DNA of 59,527 nt from positions 1 to 59,527 of the IMG/VR virus record IMGVR_UViG_3300022935_000018; one strand, written 5' to 3'. Under the pieces are notes generated by a model that was not told the DNA's origin, ran no database searches, and worked only from the letters and a program-made list of their open reading frames with translations. Positions 29,901 to 38,618 of this stretch are shown piece after piece (the first letter of the stretch is position 1; every line of letters begins with the position of its first letter). A program made the position numbers and the translations under genes. This stretch comes from a virus. Lineage: Duplodnaviria; Caudoviricetes.

Positions 29901-30230
29901 AGAGAATTTAGTACAGATCCAACTTTTGCGGCAAACTCAAATGAAATTGTACCAACACAGAAAGCGATTGCTGGATACGTAGATAGTAGAATTTCAGGCG
30001 GTGGAACAAATGTTAACGTTAACGCTGTAATTGCTGGTGAAGTTAGAATTCAAGGTAATAATATTACTTCTGAAGCAAACAGAGCCATTAATATTAACAC
30101 ACAAATGAACTTCCAGAAGCCGATCGATGGCGATATGGCGGCTATGGCGTTCTTTACAGGAGCCACAAACTTTGGCTTAGTTGATGAGGGGGATCCTACA
30201 ACTCCACAAGAGATGGGAGCAGGGAAATAA
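23991..30230 (+). CDS. Giant virion protein (2079 aa): CBM5/12-like repeats, cupredoxin-like inserts, beta-helix, Asp-box propeller
   Basis: Eight W..Y..D.V.Y.G..Y.C...H-type repeats; VPAGVAIVGDELRS; S.D.G..W Asp-boxes; paralog of 30273. Confidence 0.75.
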   Translation: MAEFKLDRIRFRWTGVWSASKQYIKDDIVSYGGKTFVCLNGHTSDPDFYIDYLNQDLPKWTQMTDGYQWVDQWTPGTYYKVNDMVRYGGQVYSAIVGHTSDEYVLPDTATTLPITIGYDTGENRADGFSQSSTGAIYVANFERNKFTLRKGHSYYFDQTDTTNATFGGQEHPLAFSLYEDGINADTPLVDYYTNGIQYFLDGAEVTDAGYVAGFGAASSRQIRWTVPENAPDKLYYFDRTVNSTGKGAYFNIETPGQIGTNDFGNWKLVASDQNWRYEWLPQVIYRIGDVVKYNGILYQCKTEHTSSTTVTGLELDVAKWEIVTRSDDWRKDWQPRTRYRQDDLVRYGGIVYRCLIGHQSANDDALGLEADMDGTPKWQVFLSGIEYKGHWVGSATGVTEGIDTGVITITSHVWQDGDIVQYTTDGTAATNLTNNTYYYVSLVDGNNFKLHRSRTDALAQRNPINADGGTGNQSFTRHYLYKQGDIVRFGPTLWYCNTSHAAGAVFAESFFNIWLPGYEYETLWNENEIYQPGDIVKYGGYSYTSLTINTNSVPSINGITQDTGDWELLTQGYRMGGQINQNPDVQEEASYWDQAVAYKTGDVVRFGGYLYISLRDNIGAEPDDQVETVNVAITVGNTGNGNHYFVNGVEDGDINFYEANTYIIDQSDSSNDTHPLYISTTVDGHHDGGNYNEPDNGVTYWLDGVQVADRAAYVAGFAGATTRQVIYLVPRDAYKANYFVCAAHSGMYDGTVTTIYSNNYWQTLIDGDRFRGNWSETVTVNAAPAVNNYFLGDIVTYAGTLYRCIKRHTSSQSGTRPDLDQDYTQDNFWIPVIEGGNTNVLQYRGDMRTHDGTDPVRLGINDAGDALKVMLDDSLDWEALEKTENVFFVSPDGIDSTAPGRGLSQTSPFKTIKYACNYIFEDEGTRAPATILVKTGRYKEVCPISVPAGVAIVGDELRSTFIEPTPETTDQDMFRVRNGCGIRNMTLSGLVGELTDPDEYLIKRVDAGAFVALDPGDGPDDESVWITNKSTYVQNVTTFGQGCIGMKVDGDLHNGGNKSIVANDFTQIIQDGIGYWCNGDGLSELVSVFTYYCYIGYLCTHGGKVRATNGNNSYGEYGSVAIGFNQNETPITAKVDNYSKEAEVAEVYNDESKLFAVGYSNTGKHYTTGTVTITGSGAGAAGKITETRQGSVTEIRITDPGDSSIAGGGDYTYANNRAQGGGVDYIQIANQDVNNEDYYLNKQITIIEGEGRGQYAYITSYNWLIGGVTQLTRTSADDLTLIPGSYPGVVGISSDADAQEPTITVTIDAQGAATAVITAPGKFNNEGDIITVLPTQVGNSGNPITFEVTGRTTGDKTVTVARPIDGEPGWQHYLPGEPIATVLDETTRYEITPRLVFDSPSFTQNSASLDVGSNIKDTAYQTVNGTTYSVVVGTNTISYSTDGTQFTNASNYTDLNYVSVAPTATGFMAIDGNGRIKISGDATNWGDAGANLLGEGLTFTKVAYGKAHDDTSTNIAIASGTSNVYVTTNGGSSWNTVNAGVSNAQFIAFGNNKWVVANESGDTWESIDNGNTWTAGTNIGDVQHDVCDLCFGNGRFVASCYDSPNDISTVNNKFFYSFTDSATASGNTTWLPGSDTNVADNVYINYAQGTFLGVTESGSVIQSDDGVYWSDRIALSGTFTGMGHGWTQDGPVFYPFTDDSVSSIEYITCGATTRATPVIGTGRIQSFLIQEPGSGYGTNPPNLTIIDPDISKAVTYDVRMANGTVGQIEFSNRGTGYINIGVTITGDGYADLYQLGTSLVVKNLTREPGPGDNLYISGINDAYYAVQQINDVTGTVGNLQATLTITPALDRAETPEHETDLTIRQKYSQVRLTGHDFLEIGKGNLYTSQYPLLTPIEGYDVRDFQETENAGGGRVFYTSTDQDGNFRVGELFKVEQSTGIVSLNASYFELEGLTELRLGGVTLGGTNALIREFSTDPTFAANSNEIVPTQKAIAGYVDSRISGGGTNVNVNAVIAGEVRIQGNNITSEANRAININTQMNFQKPIDGDMAAMAFFTGATNFGLVDEGDPTTPQEMGAGK

Positions 30231-30239
30231 CAGATATGA

Positions 30240-30245
30240 TAAATA
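30240..30245 (+). promoter_or_regulatory. Late promoter TAAATA
   Basis: Intergenic, upstream of AGGA SD and ATG 30273. Confidence 0.65.
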
Positions 30246-30272
30246 GTATTAACACAAGGTTAGGAACTAAAA

Positions 30273-33200
30273 ATGGCTGAGTTTAAACTAGGTAGAATTA
30301 GATTTATTTGGAAGGGTGCATGGACATCCGCTAAACAATATTATAAAGACGATGTAGTTCGCTATGGTGGACGCACATACATTGTTAATGCAGGCCATAT
30401 CAGTTCTAACACATTTACAACAGATATTGCAAATTTTGACCTATTAGCAGACGGTACTGAATGGAAGGGCGATTGGGCACTTACTACAGTATACAAGCCA
30501 AACGATATTGTAAAATACGGTGGCTACTTATATGTTTGTAATACAGGTCATACATCAGCGTCAACTGAAGCAGATGGTCTTGAACTAGATCAAACCAAAT
30601 GGGATTTATTTGCAGAAGGGTTTGATTGGCAAGGCGAATGGGGTGTTAGTACACGTTATAAAGTTAATGACATTGTTCGTTATGGTGGTGTTATGTACTT
30701 GTGTACAGAAGCACACACATCAGCGGCAGACCTTGCAGACGGTTTAGAATTAGACGAAACCAAGTGGGATATTTTTGCCAACGGCATGACATGGCGTAAT
30801 GTTTGGACAGCAACTTCTCGTTATAGAACAGGTGATGTTGTTCGTTATGGTGGCCAAGTTTATGTTTGTAATACAGGACACACTGCCGCGGACACTGATG
30901 CATTAGGTTTAGAAGACGATCAAGCAAAATGGGATTATGTACACAAAGGTATTGTATACTTAGGTGATTGGACAACTTCAACACGTTATAAAATTAATGA
31001 CGTTGTTAAGTATGGTTCAGATATTTGGATTTGTACAGCATTTCATACTTCAGGTGCAACACTTGCGGCTGATGAAGCAAACTGGTCAATCTTTGTACCA
31101 GGATTAGAATTTGAAGATAGTTGGCAGAACAATGTAAACTATCAACCAGGCGATGTTGTAACATACGGTGGTTACTCTTATGTTGCTATCACAAACAACT
31201 ACGGACAAATTCCTTTTAATAATCCAACACATTGGGATTTGTTTACAACAGGATTTACATTCCGAGGCGACTACGACAACAACTATGCATACAAGATTGG
31301 TGATGTTGTTCGCTTAGGCGGTTGGACATTTATTGCACTCGCAGACGGTACAGGTAACCGTCCACCAGATGCAGTTTATTGGGACAAATTAAATGAAGGA
31401 TTGTACTGGAAAGGTGCATGGCAAAACGCTGTCTACTACGACAAAGGTGACGTTGTTAGAGGTATTAACGACGTAAACTCATATGTTTGTATCGCTCCTC
31501 ATACATCAGAACAAGTTGGTGCAGGACAAAACAGACCAGATCAAGACATTGCAGGTAACTTTTGGAACTTATTAAGTGGCGGCGCTGAAGTTGGTAACTT
31601 AACTACACTAGGTGATTTAGTTTACTACAGTGGTTCAGGTCCTACTAGACTACCAGTTGGTTCACCAGGACAAGTATTAAAAGTTAATTCGGCAGGTAAT
31701 GCTCCTGAATGGGCATACTTTGGTCAGTTAGATGCAGTGTATTATGTTTCACCAGAAGGTGAAGATAATGATGCTCCAGCGGCTGGTGTTACATTAGATA
31801 AACCATTTAAAACTGTACAGTTTGGTCTACAACAGATTGAAAAAGGCGCAAGAAATCCTTACGCAACACGACTTCTAAGACGAAACAAAGCATTTATTGT
31901 TGCTGAAACTATTGCTTGGGTTGACACACAGGTTATTAATTCAAGTGCTCCGTTTACAGGCTCGTTTACATATACAGCAAGTAACTGGAAAAGAGATTTA
32001 CGTTTCTTACTTGACGCAGTTGAATGGGATTTAAGCCACGGTGGTAATAGAAAAGTAAGACAAGTTGCTTATGATTTTTTCCGAGTAAATTCATCAAGTT
32101 CTTATGTAACTGTTGACGGAATTACAGCAGAATTTGCGGCGACACTAGCATACATTAAAACTTTAATTGATGATGTTATTACACAAGACACTCCGGCAAC
32201 TGATTATCAAACTGCAAGAAGCGTTTCGCCATTAACATTACAGGTCACTGATTCTACTATAGTAGAAGAAGCGGCCGCTCAAGGAATTATTGAAAATTTA
32301 ATTGAAATTCCAAGAGCCGCACTTGCTTCAAACAGTGCAACAAGTACAAACTTTACTGTAAGTGATGCAACATATGATCCAATTGAAGGTACACTAGAAA
32401 TGACAATTGGTAATCACAGTTTAGCAATTAATCAAAAAGTTATTTTAAGAGATCAAGGTATTACATTTACTTGTGCTTCTGATAACCATGCTACACCACT
32501 TGCATATCCAAGAGCAACTGACCCTGCTTATAGCACTCCGTTGTCAATTATTGGAACAACAGATATTAAAATTACAGTAAACGTTGGTCCTAGTCCAGAA
32601 ACTTCAGAACACTTGTTTGTAAGTGCATTAACAAATACAGTTTCACTAGCAACCGGCGGCGGCATTCCAGCAGAGATTGTTGCAAATGATACATTATTCT
32701 TAAAAACAGGACAATTTACAGAAGTATTACCGATGGTAATTCCAGAAAGTTGTGCTGTTGTTGGTGACGAATTACGTTCAACAAGAGTTCAACCAGCAGG
32801 TTCACTAATTGCTTCAGCAGATGTTCCATACTCACTAGCGGGTATTTTACATATGAAGTCAATCGTTGATGATATTATTTTAAACAATACTGTTACAGCA
32901 CAATCAGGTAACACAGTAACACAAAACACAGCATATCCAGCAGGTGATGCGGCGGCAGTTACTAAAGCAGAAGGTGTTTGTGATGCAATACATAATTACA
33001 TCGATTGGAATTTAAATTCAAACGGCACTAATCCTACTATGGAAGGTCAAATGAGTCCCAACAAGGAAGATGGTGTTGTTAATGCTGTACTAAGACTTGA
33101 AGAAAACAAAGACTTTATTGCAGAAGACGTAAACAGATATATTATTGCTACATATCCTGCATACACAGATTATATTTCAGGACCTAATGCGGCGGCATTA

Positions 33201-35696
33201 CAAGCAAGTTGTAAGCGTGACGTAAGACGTTACGTTGAAGCAATTCAACATGACATTGTATACGACAGCACTTACAAAGCAATTAGAGCCGCACAACTTT
33301 ATGTTAACAGTGTTAACGGTTCAACATTAGAAAATATGTTCTTTGTACGTAATGGTACTGGTATTAGAAATATGACACTTAATGGACTTAATGGTACACT
33401 AGGTTCTGCTAATACATATGGTACAAAACGTCCAACAGCCGGTGCTTATGTTTCACTTGATCCAGGTTGGGGTCCTGCACACGAAGATGTATGGGTTAAG
33501 AATAAATCATGTTATGTACAAAACGTAACTAACTTTGGTAACGGATGTACAGGTCTTAAAATTGACGGCGACTTACACGCAGGCGGTAATGATTCTGTTG
33601 TTGCTAACGACTTTACACAAGTACTAAGTGATGGTATTGGTGTTTGGTGTACTAACTTAGGTAGAACAGAACTTGTTTCTGTGTTCTCATACTACGGACA
33701 CATTGGATACCTAGCAGAAAACGGTGGTAAGATTCGTGCTACAAACGGTAACTCATCTTATGGTACATTTGGTTGTGTGGCAGAAGGTGTTGACGATACT
33801 GAAGTTCCAATTATTGCTTTTGCAGATAACAAAGCACAACAGGCAGTTGTTAGTAATGTACTAACTGACGGCGACAGGGTGTTAGCATTAGAATATACTA
33901 ACGCTGGTAGAGAATATGACACTAACGGCGGCAATGCTGTTATTACAATTACTGGAACAGGTTTTCAGATTGGTACTGTAACTCCAGTAACAAGAACCGC
34001 AGGTGTTATGGAAGTAAGACTTCTTAATACTAACGACGAATGGGGCGGTGCTGATTATGTAAGTGCAGGTAACGCGGCACAGATTGGTAACGCAACAAGC
34101 ATTACAATTTCAAACACTGATACAAACTCATCAGGTGCATTGGTAGGTATGGGTATTTGGCTTGTAGCAGGTTTAGGTGCAGGTCAATATGGTTACATTG
34201 ACACATATAATGCAGGTACTAAACAAGCAACAATTAGAAAATATTCAGACGGTAGCCCAGGTTGGGATCATATTTTAGGTGAGCCTATTTTATCATTACT
34301 TGATAGTACAACAACATATTCAATTGAACCAAGAGTTACTTTCTCAGCACCAGTAGGTGATGGTTCAAGTACTTCAATTAGAGCATTAGGTAGAGCAAGA
34401 GTAAGCGATGGGCAAATTGTTGAAATTAAAATATTAGAACCAGGACAAGGTTATGATAACACTGCAACAGTTACCATTACTGATCCAAACAACACAGTTG
34501 ATGCTCCGTTAGAAATTAGAATTGCTGATGGTGTACTAGCACAACCTACATTTGCTGGATCAACTAATGCAGGTAGAGGAACAGGTTATGAAACTGCATC
34601 AGCAGACATTACTGCTACAAAAATTGAAGAAACTATTACTGGAATTTCACAAGCAAGTCCAGCAAGAGTTACAATTGGTGCAGGACACAGTATTACACTT
34701 GACGGAACTAAAGTTGAAATAGCGGCAGTAACAGGAATGATTCGATTCTTTGATGCAACTACTTTCTACGCAAAAGTTATCGACGCTAATAATATTGATT
34801 TATATAGCGATCCTCTTTTAAATGTCCCAATTGATACAACTCTTGAACCAGCATACACTAGTGGCGGAACATTAACACACGGTGGTGGCTTTATGGACAG
34901 ATATCAACCAGGAAAATATATTCAGGTTTCTGGTTTACGTGCTGTTCCAAGAGCAGGGTCAAACATTGAGTTTTCAGGACAACCAAACGTATTCTACAAA
35001 TTGGTTGCAGTAACTAATTTAAGAGGTTCCGATGATGGACCATTTACAGCACAACTTCAAATTTCTCCGGAAATTCCAATTAACAATGCACCGGAGCATG
35101 AAGAAGATGCTGAAGTAAGAATTAGATATTCACAAGTACGTCTAACAGGACACGACTTCCTAGACATCGGTACTGGTGACTTTACTAATACAAACTATCC
35201 AAACTTACCATTACAGGATCCAGACCCGGATGCTGAAACTGTTGAAGGCGGTGGCGGTAGAGTATTCTACACATCAACTGACCAGGATGGTAACTTTAGG
35301 GTTGGTGGCTTGTTCAACGTTGAACAGTCCACTGGTGTTGCGACATTGAATGCTGATGCATTTAATATTTCAGGCTTGCAAGAACTATCACTAGGTAATA
35401 TTGCACTTGGACAAACAGGAGCAACAATTAACGAGTTCAGCACCGACGGTACATTTGCCGCTAACAGCGACAGTATTGTACCGACACAACGAGCAATTAA
35501 AACATATATCACGTCACAGATTGGTGGTGGTGCAAGTACTCTTAACGTTAACCAAATTATTGCTGGTCTAGTACAAATTGACGGGCAACAAATTACTACA
35601 ACTACTGTAGTGCCGATTAATGTTAAGGCCCAATTCAATTTCCAAGGTGGAATAAATGGGGCACCTGTGGCGCTAAATATGTTTTTGATGGGATAA
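30273..35696 (+). CDS. Giant virion protein (1807 aa): CBM5/12-like repeats, beta-helix, two phycobiliprotein-like helical inserts
   Basis: Shares MAEFKL.RIRF.W start and YSQVRLTGHDFL.IG / GGGRVFYTSTDQDGNFRVG blocks with 23991. Confidence 0.75.
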   Translation: MAEFKLGRIRFIWKGAWTSAKQYYKDDVVRYGGRTYIVNAGHISSNTFTTDIANFDLLADGTEWKGDWALTTVYKPNDIVKYGGYLYVCNTGHTSASTEADGLELDQTKWDLFAEGFDWQGEWGVSTRYKVNDIVRYGGVMYLCTEAHTSAADLADGLELDETKWDIFANGMTWRNVWTATSRYRTGDVVRYGGQVYVCNTGHTAADTDALGLEDDQAKWDYVHKGIVYLGDWTTSTRYKINDVVKYGSDIWICTAFHTSGATLAADEANWSIFVPGLEFEDSWQNNVNYQPGDVVTYGGYSYVAITNNYGQIPFNNPTHWDLFTTGFTFRGDYDNNYAYKIGDVVRLGGWTFIALADGTGNRPPDAVYWDKLNEGLYWKGAWQNAVYYDKGDVVRGINDVNSYVCIAPHTSEQVGAGQNRPDQDIAGNFWNLLSGGAEVGNLTTLGDLVYYSGSGPTRLPVGSPGQVLKVNSAGNAPEWAYFGQLDAVYYVSPEGEDNDAPAAGVTLDKPFKTVQFGLQQIEKGARNPYATRLLRRNKAFIVAETIAWVDTQVINSSAPFTGSFTYTASNWKRDLRFLLDAVEWDLSHGGNRKVRQVAYDFFRVNSSSSYVTVDGITAEFAATLAYIKTLIDDVITQDTPATDYQTARSVSPLTLQVTDSTIVEEAAAQGIIENLIEIPRAALASNSATSTNFTVSDATYDPIEGTLEMTIGNHSLAINQKVILRDQGITFTCASDNHATPLAYPRATDPAYSTPLSIIGTTDIKITVNVGPSPETSEHLFVSALTNTVSLATGGGIPAEIVANDTLFLKTGQFTEVLPMVIPESCAVVGDELRSTRVQPAGSLIASADVPYSLAGILHMKSIVDDIILNNTVTAQSGNTVTQNTAYPAGDAAAVTKAEGVCDAIHNYIDWNLNSNGTNPTMEGQMSPNKEDGVVNAVLRLEENKDFIAEDVNRYIIATYPAYTDYISGPNAAALQASCKRDVRRYVEAIQHDIVYDSTYKAIRAAQLYVNSVNGSTLENMFFVRNGTGIRNMTLNGLNGTLGSANTYGTKRPTAGAYVSLDPGWGPAHEDVWVKNKSCYVQNVTNFGNGCTGLKIDGDLHAGGNDSVVANDFTQVLSDGIGVWCTNLGRTELVSVFSYYGHIGYLAENGGKIRATNGNSSYGTFGCVAEGVDDTEVPIIAFADNKAQQAVVSNVLTDGDRVLALEYTNAGREYDTNGGNAVITITGTGFQIGTVTPVTRTAGVMEVRLLNTNDEWGGADYVSAGNAAQIGNATSITISNTDTNSSGALVGMGIWLVAGLGAGQYGYIDTYNAGTKQATIRKYSDGSPGWDHILGEPILSLLDSTTTYSIEPRVTFSAPVGDGSSTSIRALGRARVSDGQIVEIKILEPGQGYDNTATVTITDPNNTVDAPLEIRIADGVLAQPTFAGSTNAGRGTGYETASADITATKIEETITGISQASPARVTIGAGHSITLDGTKVEIAAVTGMIRFFDATTFYAKVIDANNIDLYSDPLLNVPIDTTLEPAYTSGGTLTHGGGFMDRYQPGKYIQVSGLRAVPRAGSNIEFSGQPNVFYKLVAVTNLRGSDDGPFTAQLQISPEIPINNAPEHEEDAEVRIRYSQVRLTGHDFLDIGTGDFTNTNYPNLPLQDPDPDAETVEGGGGRVFYTSTDQDGNFRVGGLFNVEQSTGVATLNADAFNISGLQELSLGNIALGQTGATINEFSTDGTFAANSDSIVPTQRAIKTYITSQIGGGASTLNVNQIIAGLVQIDGQQITTTTVVPINVKAQFNFQGGINGAPVALNMFLMG

Positions 35697-35709
35697 AGGA
35701 GAAAAACAA

Positions 35710-36027
35710 ATGGCAACTGGAAGACTAGGAGCAAGTGATTTAACAGCGGCTTCTAATACCACCGTATATACAGTGCCAACTGACAATTACGCAGTTGTTA
35801 CATTATCGGTGTGTAATAGAGGTAATCAAGCAATAAGTGTGCGTGTAGCAGTAGCATCTGCAGATACGCCAATTGCCGCTGAATGGATCGAGTGGGAGAC
35901 AGAAGTTCTCGCACACGGTGTTTTAGAAAGATCAGGTATCGTAATGGATGCCGGCAAGAAATTGGTTGTAAGATCAAGTTCTGCGAACGTAAGTGCAGTC
36001 GCGTTCGGTATTGAGACTGCGGCATAA
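35710..36027 (+). CDS. Small beta-rich virion protein (paralog of 13690 and 21301)
   Basis: VYTVP...AVVTLSVCNR...VLERSGIVM. Confidence 0.65.
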   Translation: MATGRLGASDLTAASNTTVYTVPTDNYAVVTLSVCNRGNQAISVRVAVASADTPIAAEWIEWETEVLAHGVLERSGIVMDAGKKLVVRSSSANVSAVAFGIETAA

Positions 36028-36030
36028 ATA
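36025..36030 (+). promoter_or_regulatory. Late promoter TAAATA overlapping stop codon; heads the adhesin cluster
   Basis: caTAAATAcatatagaagga. Confidence 0.6.
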
Positions 36031-36049
36031 CATATAGAAGGATAACACA

Positions 36050-36376
36050 ATGGGAAGATATATTACTACAACTGGAACCGCTGGTACTGTACTCAGAACC
36101 GTTGGGTCGAGTTACACGGCTGAAGTTAATGATAGAATTTTGTGTACATCGGGTGGTATCACTATTACCCTACCAATTAGTACAAGTTTGTTGGAAAATG
36201 ACACAGTTCAGATCATTGATGCAACAGGTGCGTTTAGTTCGTCTAACGTAACAGTAGCACGTAACGGTGCGAAAATCCAGAATTTAAACGAGAATTTAAC
36301 ACTAGATATTAACAACTCAGCAGTTACATTAGTTTACACAGGTGCAACATACGGTTGGATTATTAGTGGTACATAA
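36050..36376 (+). CDS. Small tail fibre protein resembling a T4 gp34 proximal repeat
   Basis: ITITLP....DTVQIID..G.F....VTV.RNG..I......L......V.LVY....GW. Confidence 0.6.
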   Translation: MGRYITTTGTAGTVLRTVGSSYTAEVNDRILCTSGGITITLPISTSLLENDTVQIIDATGAFSSSNVTVARNGAKIQNLNENLTLDINNSAVTLVYTGATYGWIISGT

Positions 36377-36394
36377 GATAAGGTAGAAATAGCA

Positions 36395-37126
36395 ATGGCG
36401 ACACTTAGAAGTTTACTATCAGATGTAGAACCAGCAAAGTCAGGTGTTCAACGTCAATTCTGGGTGTGGAACGATAACACAGGCATTGGCAACGGTGGTA
36501 GATGCTGTTTGTGGACTGTTCCATCAAACACAGTTAACGTAACATTTGAACTTTGGGGTGGCGGCGGTGGCGGCCATGGTGGTTGTTGCTGTCAGTTTCC
36601 GAATAGACCGGCGGCTGGTGGTTCGTATGCTATTAGAACAGTTCAATCTCAAACAGGATGTCAATACACAATCTGTGCAGGCGGTTCAACAGTATGTTGC
36701 TGTTTCGGATGTATTGGCGGAAACGGATATCCAAGTTTCGTAACAGGATCTGGTATTCCAACTACTTGTGCGCCAGGTGGATGTGCAGGTAAGGCTTGTT
36801 GTTTCACAGACGCATACACTTGTCACCCAAGTTTTGTATGGCAATGTGGTACAGGAGATTGGGGACTTCCACAAATTACAGGAAGTGCAAAAAGAAGTCA
36901 ATATTGTCACAATCAAATGTGGTCATTCACTACTGGTCCGGCAATGTTTGGCGTTTCAAGAAGAGGAAAAGACTGGTGTGCTGGTAACTTTACCAACACT
37001 GGTGCCTGCTTTGGTTGTTTAGCGGCTTTCCCAGGAGGCGGTGGACCAGGCGGAGCGGCCTGCGGAGAACCTTGCTGTTGGGGCGGCTGGGGACAAGCAG
37101 GAGCGGTAAAAGTTAGTTATAGTTAA
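36395..37126 (+). CDS. Cys/Gly-rich adhesin-like tail protein 1
   Basis: WTVP...FELWGGGGGG glycine-rich scaffold; 24 Cys in 243 aa. Confidence 0.6.
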   Translation: MATLRSLLSDVEPAKSGVQRQFWVWNDNTGIGNGGRCCLWTVPSNTVNVTFELWGGGGGGHGGCCCQFPNRPAAGGSYAIRTVQSQTGCQYTICAGGSTVCCCFGCIGGNGYPSFVTGSGIPTTCAPGGCAGKACCFTDAYTCHPSFVWQCGTGDWGLPQITGSAKRSQYCHNQMWSFTTGPAMFGVSRRGKDWCAGNFTNTGACFGCLAAFPGGGGPGGAACGEPCCWGGWGQAGAVKVSYS

Positions 37127-37147
37127 TAAGGAATGGAGAAATAGAAT

Positions 37148-37861
37148 ATGCCTAGCAATACAATTATTACAAAGACATTTACATATGATCTTCCTGATGA
37201 CTATCTAGCCCAGACAAATGCAGATGGTAAAACCGCTACTGCCAATTACGAAGGGCCAGATAAGATTTGGGTATTCATTAACAGAGATACTGGACGTTCA
37301 GATACATCAAGACTAGTATTAACTGAAGAAGAAAATGGTGCAGATTTTCCTGTACCAGAAGATCAATTTAAAGTCGAAATTAACTGCGACACTGATCCTA
37401 TGCTTTGCTCATTATTTGATGCAAAAGTTGAATGGGACACTGTTGTAGGACAAACAAACATTGTTGTTAATCTTCCAGATGGAACAACATACGAAAGACC
37501 AGATCCAACAGATGTTGATCACACTTATGAATTAGATGAGTGTGCATACAATATGGACGGTACAATTAGCGAAGACGGTACAACTTATACAGGCGGTACT
37601 TGGACAATGCAATGGAAGCAACCATGGACTTCATGGGAACAGTTGATTATTGTAAGAAACAATGGTCTTACTGCTTCAGATTCTAAAATTGCAGACGATA
37701 TGCCAGAGGCAGTTAAGCAAAAATGGCTTGACTATAGACAGGCATTACGCGATTTACCAGCAACATTTGGTTATGGAACTGATAATGAAATTCCGGCCTA
37801 TATGGTAAACTTTCCAGTAGAACCGGGTGCTAATATTTTACAAGTAGAGGACGACGAATAA
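37148..37861 (+). CDS. Tail fibre assembly chaperone-like protein 1
   Basis: C-terminal R..L..SD....D.P....W..YRQALRDLP motif. Confidence 0.7.
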   Translation: MPSNTIITKTFTYDLPDDYLAQTNADGKTATANYEGPDKIWVFINRDTGRSDTSRLVLTEEENGADFPVPEDQFKVEINCDTDPMLCSLFDAKVEWDTVVGQTNIVVNLPDGTTYERPDPTDVDHTYELDECAYNMDGTISEDGTTYTGGTWTMQWKQPWTSWEQLIIVRNNGLTASDSKIADDMPEAVKQKWLDYRQALRDLPATFGYGTDNEIPAYMVNFPVEPGANILQVEDDE

Positions 37862-37862
37862 G

Positions 37863-38603
37863 ATGTCTAGTTTAAGAACCTTGCTACAATACGGAACTTC
37901 ATCAAGCGGCTCTACACCATTGAGAAGTTTACGTGTATACAATACAAATATTACTTCTGTAAATAATGGTGGACGATGCTGTCAATGGACAGTTCCAGCA
38001 GGCGCTACTTGGGCGGCATTTGAAGTTTGGGGCGGCGGTGGTGCCGGCGCAGGCGGATGCTGTTGTCAACAAGGTTGGGCAGGCGGCTCAGGTTCTTATG
38101 GTAGACGAATTATTGAAGTAACACCAAGCGACCAATTTACAATTTGTGCAGGTGGTACAACCTGTTGTCACTCAACGTGTTACGGTTGTAGAGGATTTCC
38201 AAGTTGGGTATGTGGACCGGGTGGTTTTTGTATGTGTTCATCAGGTGGTGCAGAACCAGCAACAAAATGTTTCTTCAGTCAAAACTGTTCGTACAGTGGA
38301 TGTCAGATGTTCAACTGCGGATGTGTTAACGGTGCTACACTAGCAATTTGTGGTACAACAGGTGGCGGACATGGATCTGCTCACTGTGCTTCAGATATGC
38401 ACCAGTTTATCCCAAGTGCACCATTTACGGGTGTAACAAGAATGTCACGTTCAGGTTGTTATAGATCATCTGGTCAGGATCAAGGGGATCATGGTGTATT
38501 CCCAGGAGGCGGTGGTGCATCAACAACTACACACAACGAAGTATGTTATTGCGGAGCAAAAGGAATGGGCGGACTAGTAACAGTATACTATACGTCAACA
38601 TAA
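37863..38603 (+). CDS. Cys/Gly-rich adhesin-like tail protein 2
   Basis: Paralog: NGGRCC.WTVP, GGCCCQ, FTICAGG, FPGGGG; 23 Cys. Confidence 0.6.
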   Translation: MSSLRTLLQYGTSSSGSTPLRSLRVYNTNITSVNNGGRCCQWTVPAGATWAAFEVWGGGGAGAGGCCCQQGWAGGSGSYGRRIIEVTPSDQFTICAGGTTCCHSTCYGCRGFPSWVCGPGGFCMCSSGGAEPATKCFFSQNCSYSGCQMFNCGCVNGATLAICGTTGGGHGSAHCASDMHQFIPSAPFTGVTRMSRSGCYRSSGQDQGDHGVFPGGGGASTTTHNEVCYCGAKGMGGLVTVYYTST

Positions 38604-38607
38604 GGAG

Positions 38608-38613
38608 TAAATA
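38608..38613 (+). promoter_or_regulatory. Late promoter TAAATA, 5 nt before ATG 38619
   Basis: aaggagTAAATAgtagtATG. Confidence 0.5.
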
Positions 38614-38618
38614 GTAGT

